Shown here piece after piece: positions 37,755 to 50,598 of a stretch of DNA of 64,000 nt. A program made the position numbers and the translations under genes. Origin of the DNA: Ramazzottius varieornatus (lineage: Eukaryota; Animalia; Tardigrada). Numbering within the stretch: position 1 is the first letter of the stretch; each line of letters starts with the position of its first letter. Location of the stretch: contig BDGG01000006.1 in assembly GCA_001949185.1 (NCBI GenBank), positions 1,284,827-1,348,826 on the forward strand, read 5' to 3'. The notes under the pieces were generated by a model. The model searched no databases and was not told where the DNA came from. It saw nothing but the letters and a program-made list of their open reading frames with translations.

Positions 37755-40700
37755 TCACTGAGTATTTTGAGACTTTAGCCAGCAGAGCAAGGCGTATGAT
37801 AGAACAGCAATGGCAAACGATGCTTTGATATCTGCCGATCCGTTCGACAGAACTGAAACACAAAGACACAGGTGTGGAGATACCGTATATAAATAATCAG
37901 GCATTGCACGGGTTTTCCACTAACCCATACGAAACTTCCACAGCGGAGAACTCATTCTCCCATCGCCACCTCTACTGTACGCTAGGATTCGTAAGTTGTA
38001 TGACTCTCCTGGCGTCAGCCCACCTAGAGTTGCATCCAAGTCCCGGTACAACAGAGTTCTGGGAAGGACCACATCCTTTGCTTCCTTGATGTCTTCACCC
38101 TGACGCCAGTAACGAATCTTGTATCCTTCGATGGGCTCTTCCTGCGGTCCGGTCATCACACCACGCCAGTCCACGTGGACGGTGTTCCAGTTTCGTATTC
38201 TTACACGAACACCCATCGGAAACGCGCGAGGCTCTGTTGGTAAAGTTTCAGTAAACAATACAGCTCCTACCCCGAAAAGGTATCTGGGAATGAGAACCAC
38301 GTACCGGAGCGGTAAGTGCGCGCAATGTACGGCTCGCTTTCCAGACCAGTTCCGGCAGCTGTTACAGCCATGACGCTGATGAAGTATTCGGTGAAGACAT
38401 CCAGGCCCTTGATTAAAGCTGAGTTTTCCGAAGGAGCAACAGGGAGTAACCAAGCTTCTTCCTGGTCCCAGTCGCGACGCCAGTATTTCACCTGTACGAT
38501 AAAATGGATAATGTCTGTGCGAAAACCGGTACGAGGAGCAAGGTCTTACTTTACTCAGCGTACAACTTTGCTCACCATACGTCATGAGCTGTGCGCAGGC
38601 TTTATAAGCTTTGTGACATAAACGCGACTTATATAGGTGAACAAAGTTGTACGCTGAGCAAAGTAAGACCTCGCTCCTCGTACAGGTCGAGGTAAGACGT
38701 GAAACAGAAGAGCCTACCCTATACCCAGACATTCGGGGAAGAGCCACAGACAAATTGAACATCTGATGCCAAGTGACGCGCACAGCAGTGGAGTTAAATG
38801 GTTCAGCTCGAACGTTTGACGGTGCAAGAGAAATAGCTGTAAAAACTTCTTCTTTGGTCATCCCAGTGTGGAGATGGAAAAGGTAGTAAAGTCAGGTCGT
38901 ACCGTCATCGGTTGGCTCTACAGTGATAATGTCACTCCAAGGTCCCTGACCGGCGGTATTGAACGCTGCCACCTGGACTTGGTAAGAAACTTTCTGTTTC
39001 ACGCTGGATCCGTCGACTCGAATGACAATACGAGAGCGCTCACCCGACACCGTTACCTCCGGATGGTTGCCTGTAGTATTTAGGTCTTTACTATACTGAA
39101 CTCTGTACCCGATGCCCGGACCATTCTGTTCAAACGGCTGAACCGTAACCCAAGTTATTACCAGTTCTCCAGTTCGACCACCCGTACCGATTATACCATA
39201 CGGTGATCGAGAAGGTGGCGCCATCGGTACATCATACGATAGAGACGGTGAAGATGGCGCACTCAGTCCGAAAGTGTTACCCACAGACAGGCGGAACTTG
39301 TACGAGTTCCAAGGTTGAAGTGTTACATCCAGGTCCATTTCGCGGCGAACAGTGAATGAACTGATAGCGCGTACGGGGAAGATGCCGTCTGCCAAGACTG
39401 TCCAGTGGGGTAGATGGTTTGTGATGGCTTCAATTCGTTGACGAATGGAGTCCATCCCGTTCGGTGCACCGTCCATCCAGCGCAGCGTTACCAGGTACGG
39501 GTTGTCAACTCGAGGAATGACGGTTGGTGCACTTGGTGGGTTTGGAGGACCTGGAAAACTAATCTGCGGATCGATCGAGACATTTTTGCTGTGGGTAAAT
39601 TGTACCTGTTACGAAAAGCTGAGAAGACGTCTGGATGCGGTCCACAGGTGATCGAGCGACGCACGTGTAGTTTCCGGCTTCGCCAAACGTTACGGGTTCG
39701 ATAAACAGATATCCTCGACGTTCGTTCCAGCCGGTACGATATCGCGGGTTTTGACCGACATCCACCGGTACATCATTGAGATACCAGTCATAGGTCACAT
39801 CAAGCATGGCGTCGGTGTCTGCCGAGCATCGGAGGACAGCTGGATGAGCAACCAAGGCTTGATCAGTTGTCGCAATCTCTCGGAAGCGCAGGCCGGACAG
39901 TACTCGGAGTTCTCCCTGGCTTTGATCGCTTCCCAGCTCATTCCTCGCTTCACACCTGTAAGCACATTTAGATGGAGTCAGCCAGATCGTAGTTTAATTC
40001 TCGTCTTCAAAGTAATGTAGTGGGCCATTCTGTATGGTGGGCTTACGTGTACCAGCCTTGGTCAGCAGCAGTGACCGGTGCGATGAATAAGTCTCCACCA
40101 GCCAATAGTCGGACTCGAGGTGACGTGACCATGGCAAAATCGTTAAACAACCAGCGTTTGACGGCTACCGGAAGACCTTCAGGTTGACAGACCATTGTGA
40201 GATTAGCACCAGCGGAGGCATAGTTCAAACGAGGAAGTGGATACTTCCGGAAAGATGGCACTGCCGTCATGACACGCAGCTCGCCCGAAGACAGCGCCGT
40301 GCCCAGAATATTCTCCGCCTCACATTGATAGACACCGCTGTCGCTAAGCCTCACATCCCGTATCAGTAGTCGTTTCTCATCCAGCTGTGTTCGCTGGACG
40401 TCTTCCAGTGACAGATCTTTCGGCTGGAGGACCTTGCCGTTCTTGAGCCATCGGTAGGACAGGGCCGGCTTGCCGTAGGCTGAGCATGTCCATGTGACGT
40501 CTTGACCTGGATGAACGATCTGCGGTCGAAGTGGCACGATGAAGCGCGGTGCTACTCCCACGTCCAGTGTAACCGTAGCCGATACGCTGCCTTGAACGGA
40601 CGATGCAGTACATGTGTAGTCATCAGAGTCCGCGGCTTGGACGGACGGAATGAGGAGCACGCGATGGTGCTTTAAAAGTCGCGACGAAGGTGGAACCTCG

Positions 40701-42868
40701 GAACCAGCCCGTCGCCATTCGTATTTCGGGGCGGGACTGAAAAATAAGTAGCATGTATTTTTGCACCATTGCTGCAAATCTATGCCCTGATTTCGTTACT
40801 CACTAGCCGGAGGCTACACATTCAATGGTGACATTGTCGCCAACGACCGGAGCAGGAGGAAATATTTTCGGAAATGATGACCAGATTTTCAGTTGGCCTA
40901 CGCTTTGCTGATGACGAACGGCAATCGGGAAGAATGGTCCGGTTTTGCCGATTTCTGCCACTGCGCTTTTGACGATGCATTGGTAGGCGTCTGATGCGTC
41001 TGAGGTCTCCACGTAACTAAAGTACAAATTACCGTCCTGGGAAACGAAGACCCTCTTGTTTTCCTCGACAAAGTTGGGGAAGGCATCTCGCGCCCAGGCA
41101 TACGACACGGCAGGGAAGAAGGATGGAGGGTCGCAGGGAACTGCGCCGCCGCTAAATTGTACAAGCTGGGTGGCTTCCCTTCGCAAAGCGAAATCACCTA
41201 CATCTGAATATATCCGCAGAAAACTGAGGAAAAGCTCATCACTACATGCACGAATGGGAAGTTTGGAACAGGCGGAAAAGACGGCAAATTAGAGAATTCA
41301 ACCGAAACAGCGGAACTTCCGTTCCGCTGTTTCGGAATGGCTTGTTTCAAACTTTTTACTGTTCCAAACTCTTCCTTCGTGCCCTGTAACGCGAAACTTG
41401 ACAAGTGGACTCGTTACATCACCAACAAAAACAGTACACAGAACGTACAAGCATAGCGAATAGATACTCTTCTGCTGCGCACTGTGCCATATGGGTTGCT
41501 GGCGGAGCAGCGGAACTCGCCTCGATCTACTGCGGAATTTGGCGCGTGGATAGTCAAATCGCCGTCCGTCTGCGTGTACCGCTTGTCGAGCAATGGATCA
41601 ACCAAGTGTTCCTGCTCTTCCCCATTCACAAACTGGATCCGGTGCCTGCGACAAACAACACATGCACCATCATTGACGATGGACCAACCTAGGTCCGACA
41701 AACGGTCAGTCAACTGACTTTTACCATTGATATTCCGGCTCCGGGAAGCCGGAAGCTACACAATGAAAACTGGTCCAATTGTTATGAGTCCAATCAGTCG
41801 TATCAAAGATGGCATCAATTGGCTCGTCAATAATACTTGGGGCGGAGGGCACTTCTTCCGGGTCAGAAACAACGACTCCATGATCTGCATAAGTCAACAC
41901 TTGATGTCACAATTCGCATCAGTCAACAGCTGCTTCAGCATACCCAGTGTGCGCTCCGTTACAGGAACATCGGCAGCCATATGCAAAGGAAGTTCGCAGA
42001 TGAACGGACGGTTGCGATCGGGAACAACAGGAAGCCAAGTCCATGCTTTGGTCAGGGTTGAGAAGTTGTAGGCCAAAGCTCTTCCGTAGCTCGAAGGCAG
42101 CATATTGAGGGATGGATCGATCACATATCGTAAATCTTGCTCGTTCACACTTTGATGAACCCAAGCTGGGTCATCGTTACCGATCCTCTTCTCCGCTCCG
42201 GAAAGCGCGGTCCATTGCCAGTTACCGCTCCAGTCAGCGTCGAATCCCGAAGTATACCAGGTCTGATAAAGGGCAGTCAAAATTAATAAAAAAAACTTGG
42301 TACATTGAACTTTAAGGATGGCGTGTTCATAATTTAGTCACTTACCGAAAATGTAGGATCATTCAAGCGCAACCAGGAAGTAATGTACTCATTTTTCTCC
42401 GGAGTCTCAGCGGTGACAAGGTTGGCAAGCTTTGCTCGACAGTACGACAAAGCTTCCCTCCAGGTTAACTCAGGCGACGACACAAACAAGTAACAGTTTC
42501 CCTCAAATCTTCCCCATGATACGGGACATTCGCTCTGCAGATCTGAATAATTTCAACTTGAGTGCAACCTTAGGGAAAATACAGTATCCAGCGGAACCGT
42601 GCCTGGTTTGGAACTTCAAAAAATGCGGTACTTACCTGTTTGTTGCGATACTGAGCTGCTGATCAGGAAGCTCAGTGGTACTTGCAGAATAGCAAAGATC
42701 GTTGGCAAAAGTCCCATTCGAATGGTTTACAATAATCAACGACAACTTTCCCACCGCGGAGAAGCACCCACAGTAGCTCAGCCTACCTGGTTTGAATCTC
42801 ATGTCATCGGTGCCAATGGCCACGAAAAGGCATCGTGGACTGAAACGTTTAGAATCGCGGCATATCAC
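37755..42868 (-). CDS. Cont: Contactin (invertebrate type: C-type lectin + Ig domains + FN3 domains + GPI signal)
   Basis: CTLD ECPVSWGRFEGNCYLF...WYTSG...RPFICE. Ig motifs DRGEFRCSASNPYG, PCDPPSFFPAVSYAW, DSGVYQCEAEN, EAGNYTCVARS. FN3 motifs LQPWNSYKFRL, GLTPGESYNLRILAYSRGGDGRMSSP. Terminal exon VLSNGSADIKASFAIAVLSYALLCWLKSQNTQ* is GPI-signal-like. Start codon uncertain (42868 or 42802). Confidence 0.93.
41245..41386. mobile_element. Palindromic pogo-type MITE in a contactin intron
   Basis: Imperfect TIRs (GCACGAA..GAAGTTTGGAACAG / CTGTTCCAAACTCTTCCTTCGTGC) flanked by TA. Internal perfect 15-bp inverted repeat CCGAAACAGCGGAAC/GTTCCGCTGTTTCGG. The right TIR resembles that of the 10177-10737 element. 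Confidence 0.7.
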
Positions 42869-43536
42869 GCTAGTGCGCCAGACTGGGCATCTTGAGCTCT
42901 CGATCTCTTTTCAACCGATAGAGGCATTTGAAGCTTAAGGACCTGCTCTTCAAAGTATGAAGTGAGCTGGGAGGTCGCTTCTGTCTGGTCTTGCATGAGG
43001 CAGAGATCATTTGGATCTGACGTCACTTCCTTGTGTTTGTCTTGTTTACGGCTGCGCAGTCTGGGGCGATGCCATCATGCAGGACTCATCATAAAACCCC
43101 GCTGGTCCAAAGCCATCCTCTATAGCTCAAGGTAATGAAAGGCTTTAGTCTGTCACTAGAGCCAATTACCTTAATTTGCAGCTGGATTCTGACCGACTGT
43201 CCTTTCACCGCCATCCTACTGGCCTTCTTAAAAGTCGCGTAAATACTAACCTCAGACTTGCGCTTTCAGAATGGAAGAAACATTCTAGGTTCCCAACTCG
43301 AAACACTATGACACATCAAGCTTCTCGACATTATTGACCCCGAATCTACTATACGTGCTCTTGCTAGTCATGCTGGATACCTTGGCACTACCGGGCTTCT
43401 CCTTTCAGTTGCTTTGCCTGTCCGCTGAAGGATTATGCTGCTGTAAGTTAACGTCAATCAGCATACAAACTGAGCTGCAATTAAGTGTGCTAATTTCGCC
43501 ACTGTCTAATAATGGAGTACGGTCACCGAACATAGA

Positions 43537-44318
43537 ATGAATTTGTCCAAGACATGGGCTCTGCTTCCATTCCATCTCAAGGAGGACATCTTTCGATGCC
43601 TGGATCTTCGAACAATGGAAAAGCTGGACGGGTACGGGCAACAATAGACTAACACGGAATTTTTCGCTGCTTAAATTGGTTCTCACATCTGTAGTTCCCA
43701 TGAAGACGCAACTTTTCTTTGAGCACCAATTTTATTTTGCAGTGTGTCGCGTTCAGGGAAAGCTCTGCTGTTTAGGGCAATAAGTCTCAACAAGGGCTCA
43801 ATGTATCTGATTTTGAACAGCAGAAATGAACGGACTAGGCTGCTCAGCGTCGTTTCGAAGCGGACTCGCTATCCCCGAAACATCGTCGGACCATAGAGAG
43901 CTTGGCACGTGTCAGAGTGGCAAGGCAGTCTGAAAAGACACCGAGTTTACAGCAACGAGGTCATCAGCTGGAAAAAAGTCTACATTCCAAGTTTGGAGCG
44001 TTGCAGGGTAAAGTTCAGTTGTACAACTGCTACATCCGGTTGGCAACTGTACACCTCAAACTGGAGTACAATGAGAAAGGATGTGGATTCTTCGGTATAC
44101 TCTACCCATGCTGGACACACCAAATCTTCGTGCCATACTTTGAAGTTGAACTCCGAGGCAACCAAATAATGGACGAATTTTGGTTCTTGCACAAACTGGA
44201 GGAGACGAACTTATTCTGGCCATACGGAGGAAAGCAGTCACGATGGCTTCAAACTTCCCTTGATGGCCTGAACGAACGTGCCCTAAGGATCATTCGGAAA
44301 GTGGAATTACAACGGTAA
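43537..44318 (+). pseudogene. F-box protein gene, probably disabled
   Basis: MNLSKTWALLPFHLKEDIFRCLDLRTMEKLDG|VSRSGKALLFR matches the F-box pattern (intron 43632-43742, phase 2). In-frame TAG at ~43893 and a frame change near 44040. Confidence 0.6.
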
Positions 44319-44810
44319 CGGCTTTTATCAGATTTCTTTGTCTTCCGTGCAACAACCTTACCAGCTAAGTTACGCGTTTTTCAAACAATTGAAATACGGC
44401 AAAATTATCTCGTATTTTAGGTCGGAAGGGGAGTCCATCAGGTGGAAGCCCAGAGGAATCAGAAGTGACAGTATTAAAAACGGCAGCGAGCTTGATTCTT
44501 TCGACTGCACCTTTTATTCGCAGCTCATCACGTATCTTCAGTGGCATCCCGCCACCTGAACCTATGCTGTGGTGCTGGAAATATTGACATAGCTCTTCGG
44601 TGCGTCAATGATGTTGTCCTTCTATGACGGTAGATTGTACGGCGGGAGAGAGCTTACACCTAATGCACGATCGCAACAGACACTCAAAGAGCACTTTCGT
44701 ATGGCGAAAATTTGATGAAATTCTGGACGGTTGTAACGAAAGTTTGTTTGTACTATAGTGTAAGACTCCGATTCTGAAGAGGTAGCTGTGAACGGAACAA
44801 AAGGACTCTG

Positions 44811-47800
44811 CTACGTATGCAGGTCAAGTCTGAACTTTAGCTTGGGATTTTCAGGTCGCGGATTTAATTCAGCCTCGCTTTCTTTCAATCCCCTGCCGGC
44901 TTGCACAATGAACCGTACGAATTCATCGCTATACAGCTTTTCCTCGTCCTTCTTGCCGAAATACCGTCGAGCCCTTTCGTACATCTGTAATTACGGTTGA
45001 ACATACTGAACCACCAAAAGTTTTCCACAGATTCGTATGCATGTCTTGGGCAACGGACATTTATCCCGCACCTCAGTCACAGAGTACAAATCGCAGTCCA
45101 AGCCGCCAGCGGTCGCCACATTCAGCAAGAGCTCTGTAGTTATCAGGTTCAGGTTGTCATCATCGTCTTCAGACAGCAAAAGCATCAGGTATTTTGGGTT
45201 GTGAAGTATCCAGTATTTGAATCTCTGCATGAGCTTATCCGCTCGAACTGGCGCAAGTGCCATGCTAAAAACATGAGCCAACAATGTCAGTGTGAACAGT
45301 GAACGCAAGATGGAGCCAACTTGTCACGTACAGTTGATCATTGGTCAACGCCGAAGTGAAAGGCGGAGGTTGACCTCTCTGGTCATTGATTGCTTGTTCG
45401 ATTAGGGTTAACTCTTCAGCTGTAAAAACAAGAACCGTCAATGATAAAAACAAAATTGCGGGGATGAACTGACGGAAGTTTACAAGTGTATAATTTGGGA
45501 TGTCGACGAATGACGTTACTAATGTGTTCGTCCGGTGCGATAAGCAGTAGCCGGCTGCCGTTCAGGTTCAGAAGGTTGCCGGGTAGAAGGTCCCGGAAGT
45601 TATAGTACGGACCAGGGTTGACAGTCCGTTCAAACGGGTCCTTCTGCAGCTCGGGTATGCGGAACTTCTGCCTCTTCATGAACTTTTTCCCGTACGACGC
45701 ATCCCCATGCACGAGCTTTTCATACACCGCCATGGTGTCGTCCGCCACGTAATACAGAATGACGTAGGTTGGAATTTGCGCGTCGGGATGACGTGAGTAG
45801 AGCTTCGCGGTGTACTTGATAATGTCGTCAGAGTTGCAGAGCTGCGGCAGTTCGTCCTTCGGACGCATTTGTGGTTCTATTTCCAGGACGCTCTTCAGGG
45901 TGTCGTCGTGGGTACCGATACCGATATGTTTCGGTATGCAGAGTGTGCGTGACGACACTAGAGTAGAAGAAGAATTAAGAGAGAACGTGGGTTAGTGGTT
46001 TGAACTAGTTCGTTTTCCCAATTGGTGCACTCTCTCAGGCAAAAACAAGAAGATATGCGCCACTCAGAAAAGTGATCTTAAGTGGCGCAGACGTCCAGCT
46101 GATTATATTGATGAAAGGCGCCACTTGACATACCGATGTGATTGGTCCACATCAAAAAGATTAGGGCACTAATGGACATGACGGTTACCTAATGGACATC
46201 GACGGTATTGGTCTCGCCAGTCCATATTCGGCAGTTGATCAACATTCAGTTTGTCTTTGATCCACTTTCGGGTCCATTCGTTGCACTCGACCAGCAGTAT
46301 CTTCTGTCCATAAAACCACACAGTGTTCCCGATAAATAGGTCCGTCGGATTGTAGAACTCTGTCAAGTAGGGCTTGTGGAATGGACCCAAGGCAAACTGC
46401 GAGTTCTGCTGGCCGAGACCGCGCGGAATTCGTCCACGACGAACAGCCGTATTCAGGTTGGAACCGAACTGGTGAGCGTCATTGTCGATGCGGAACTCCA
46501 TGACACGGATGGTCTCATCAATCAAGTAGTACTGTAAATAAAATCGTGACAGTAAAATTTCGACTTTGGGTTCGGACTGCAGACCGGTACCTCGACCACG
46601 ACTGGCCGACATCGAGCCATGGGAAACATTGTATCGTCCACAATACCGATGAACACCAGCTTGGCGTCAATCGGTTCTTCCCAGTGGTATTTCTTCTGGT
46701 GCATCGTAGTCGATTCTTCCAGCTTGACTTTTGCGTCGTGTGGCTTGCACGCTTGACGATTAGCCTGTGCTTTCTCCCAGACTGGATCGGCATGGGCTGG
46801 TTCGGGCTTACCGAGCTCGTCCAGCGACGCGTGATCCTTCCAATATTGCTAAAACAAGGCCAGTTCTAAGCCCTGAACCTCGCTGGCATCCCCGCAACGT
46901 CTGTAAGCGTACCTTCGTAAAGTCGTCGGCATCGTACAGATGGATTTTGAAATGGGCGATCTGGTAGTCGCAGCCCAAATGAAGATCCGTCCAGAAGTAT
47001 GCTTTCTTCCTTGTGCAATCAGAATCCGGCCAGTAATATGGCCTCCGTGGACAAGTCGGACCTTGAGGCAGGCCAGAGTTTTCCAGGTATGGCTCAAAGA
47101 CCGTGATAGTATCGTCCTCCATGTGGTACACCAGCTCCACCTGTCGAACACGATAACCATAGTCTTGATAACTGACGTCACCGCCAAAAAGCCGCTCCAC
47201 GTAGTATCCATAATATCGAAGACACTAAAAAGAAAGAACGTGAGACCAGCCACCCGAATGATGTTCTCATAAAGGTGAAACAACAAACTCGACCGGATCG
47301 TTTTCCCGTGTGGCGCACGCTCTCATCCAACATCACTGAAAAAGTGCGCCACTTGGGATCTGGCCGAGTATGTTTGCCACGGTTTTATGATGGACTCTAA
47401 TTAGGATCTTCAGCGTGATCGAGGTAACGAACAAACCATATTATCATACAGTGCAGTTTGAGGCATGATCCGCAGTTGTGGAGTGGCTTTCTCGTCCTCG
47501 GGTATTTTCGGAGGTAGAGTGTAGAAGTCACCATTTTTCCGACGGTAGGCAAGGTGCGATGGGTAGATGTTACCAGTTATGGCCGGATCTTGAAAACGCA
47601 TGTCATGGTGGGCAAAGCGATTGCTGATGGTGGCCGGCACCCGGACGTTAGGATCGAAGCCCTTTGGACCCGAAGTGATCTCGAAAGATTCAGGCACGAA
47701 TGCGTAGCCATTCTTGAACTGCGTCCGTTTGTGCGTATGCGCCGGTTTCTACAGCAAAATAAATGATTATCGTCTAAAAGATTCCACAACGGTAGATGAT

Positions 47801-47862
47801 TGTACGTTCTGGGATTGGATCGAGGATTAACGTACTGGTCTGTCGGGGTAAAATGGATCCAT
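44811..47862 (-). CDS. EFHC1/EFHC2 (Rib72) family ciliary microtubule inner protein with three DM10 domains
   Basis: Spliced start MDPFYPDRP|KPAHTHKRTQFKNGYAF. DM10-1 VRQVELVYHMEDDTITVFEPYLENSGLPQG, DM10-2 RFYLQYYLIDETIRVMEF...FYNPTDLFIG, DM10-3 YVILYYVADDTMAVYE...YYNFRDLLPG. Degenerate EF-hand-like tail. EFHC1 vs EFHC2 not resolvable by eye. Confidence 0.9.
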
Positions 47863-48863
47863 CTCTATTGCAACGCTACTTTGGAAGAAAAGAGTGGCTT
47901 GTCAAGGCACTTCGTCATGGTGACCAAAACGAAGGAAACAGCGGTCCACCAACCAGTAGTAAAAATCAATCGGATCGAAGCTTGTTACCTCGCGAGGGCT
48001 CCCAGGTTGTACCATGCTGTGAAGGTGTTTCCCATGGGAAAGCGCAACTCTAGTGAGCACCGTGCTGTCAATCTAAGCACAGTGCTACTAGACCCACTCC
48101 GTGGATAATGACAAGGCAGTGTTGACCGTGGGTTCCCAGGCATGAAAAATAATACGGGCGAACGACCCCATGATGTCAAGTGAGACAACAGATCACATTA
48201 TCCTTACTCCTCCTTAACCGGAAGCCACCATTAATCAAAAATGTTTCAGGCGGATAATATCATACTTTTCCGCCTTAATTGCATGAGATGCGTTTGCCAC
48301 CTGAACATTAAGGGTTCTCAGTCTTGCTTGCAAAACTGTGTCCATTGAGTCGATCTAGCAAGCGACTTGCCAAATTTCACTTTAGAGATAAGCAGCTCGA
48401 GAGCTGCTTATCTCGAAATACGAAATCGGCTTATCTCATGCACACTTGACTCAAAATTTCAAATACTTCGTTTCTCAGCTAATTTCCGTTCTCCTGTGGT
48501 TTACATCGCGAGGTATCTTTCCTCAGTTGAAATTCTCGATACCTAACATCGCCGAAGACATCGGAGAAACAGAGTGAATAGAAAGGAAGTGTCGAGTTTG
48601 AGCCCGGTCAGGAGGCAAAGTTTGCTAAGAAAACCTACCCGGGGAAACTCGCGAATTTCCTGTCCGTTAAGCACCGTTTCCCAGAATTCCGAATTTTCTC
48701 TCGCTCACGTTTGATTTGATTTTGACGTTTGACTAGTTTAGGAAGCAGCTTGCGACTTCAACGGGTATTGTAAGCAAGATTGAGAACCCTATTACGTTCA
48801 TCCAAAGTTGCTCCGGTTTCTTACGATGCAAGAGTGCTGTGTCCGGTTTAGTAAGCAACATAT

Positions 48864-49565
48864 ATGCTCCTGGGGCTCAGATGGCTGAAGTTGTGGCTCA
48901 TCATCTCCATAGTCTCTGCTCAGACCACTACTGCTACCACGCGTAGTAGTGCCGTACTACCAGCCGACCACAAGACGCGATTCGCCTGAGATCAGCTAAG
49001 ATCCACCCACTGCTCCAGGTCCTTCGCTCCCGATTTGGTTCCCCTACCTCAGTACACAGCTCACATCAACGACTACACCAATGAGTTCTGCTGATGTGAG
49101 ACGTCTCTGGGATGCAGTTACGTTGGACAAAGGATCAACTGTGACGTCGGCTCCATCAACCCCCAACGGTGTACTCACGCCGGTGCTGTCCAACTTCCAC
49201 CACAAGATTGCCGCAGAGGACCACCACAGGAATGACGACCAGACGTACGAACTCGACGATGTCCACTTTGACTACCGCGACTGGTTTCCCAACGACTACC
49301 GGACCAACCTCGACAACGACCTCGGGATGGACCACCAGTTTGCCGACGACCACCCCCTAACGCGTTGACGGCTACCACGGAACATACCATCACAGGCTGC
49401 CCGTCGACGACGACCGCAACCGCCACCACTTCTAGTGGCTTCCCTTGGACAACAGACTGGACGCGCCCTAAGGCGGCGTATCAGATTGAGTGGTGCACCG
49501 GCGGCTGGTCCCAGTGGCATGTCCCCGGTATCAACGACCTGGACATTGTATCCGCTTCTTGTTAA
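48864..49565 (+). pseudogene. Decayed secreted Cys-rich/Thr-rich (mucin-like) protein, copy 1
   Basis: Signal MLLGLRWLKLWLIISIVSA, then QTTTATTR and TAHINDYTNEFC*CETSLGCSYVGQRINC. Thr-rich tail spread over several frames; stops and frameshifts present. Confidence 0.55.
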
Positions 49566-50598
49566 CCTGAAGCGCATGTAGACCTACTTTTATGATTACC
49601 CTCATCGGTACATAATTTGTACCTAGACTTCCCTCATGATTCGTACTGTCTGTTGTTTGTTCAGTTTTCAAACAACCTGAAGGCATCTTTAAGAAGGGTT
49701 ATCTCTAGCAAATGCATGGAGAAGAGCTGAGATAAATTTAAACTGCAGCGAAGTAATCAATCGATCTCCTATGCTTTCGCTTGGATGATTAGAAGACAAT
49801 TTCGGTAGGACAACGCGGCTGTAATAATCCAACGATTGATCAAAAAAGGAGAGCAACGTGTGGAAGAGATGGCAAAGTAAGAGCCAATATCTCGAGTCGA
49901 ATACATTTCAGGCTCGTTACCCCAAGTGAATCCGTGCTGATTCGAGAAACGAAATATCGATACAATGGGTCTGAAAGCCGCATCTACTGTATGACACGAC
50001 ATCGACACCATATGTGACGCAGGTGCCGCTCGGTAACGAAATACGTCTATAGAACAAAGCAATTATCGGATTGCACGTTGTTGATGCCCCTTGACAAGCA
50101 GGATTCTTGACAGGAAGACCCCAGGGTGCCCAGACATATTCAACACGAACACCCTACAATGCTCTTGCACCATCAAATGCGCCATCCTCGTGACAGGTCT
50201 ATCCCGGAAGTAAAGCTCCACTGGCTGCATAGGGGACCTCCCCACGACGTATGCAATCTGGCCTGCCTGTTATTCCGAGTATCTGGGTAAAACACCGGTT
50301 GTCCTGTAGGCCACCAATGTTCGCGCCCCGTCCATCACCGACACTGATTACAAAAGCTACCTGCTAGTTCTGTCATTGACAGCTGAACTGCGCATGTAAT
50401 TTTGGACGACTCGGAGAGATATAAATGTCATAAGAGTACTGTCGTGATCAATCTGCTTACTGCTTACTTCCGCGTCCGATATCATCGTCGTTTTGCCCCA
50501 ACGGAACCCTTCTCGTTGCCAACTACACAGCGCTTTACTTTCGGCTTTCCATTCACACGATCGGTCGACCCTAGTTGCGATCCGCATTCCGGTCGACG

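Noticed and set aside
20243-47862. OFD1-like and EFHC as a ciliary gene cluster
   Set aside because: They are ~21 kb apart with unrelated genes between; two ciliary genes in 64 kb is compatible with chance.
47985-48188. MPGN/PMGNTF segment resembling the EFHC N-terminal LPGNSF
   Set aside because: A better in-phase first exon (ATG 47862, donor gtacgt) exists; the resemblance may be chance, though an alternative start is not excluded.
49089-49097. In-frame TGA at a Cys position (TGC TGA TGT; the paralog has CCC), a possible selenocysteine
   Set aside because: The same gene has another stop and frameshifts, and I could not identify a SECIS; a TGY>TGA nonsense mutation is simpler.
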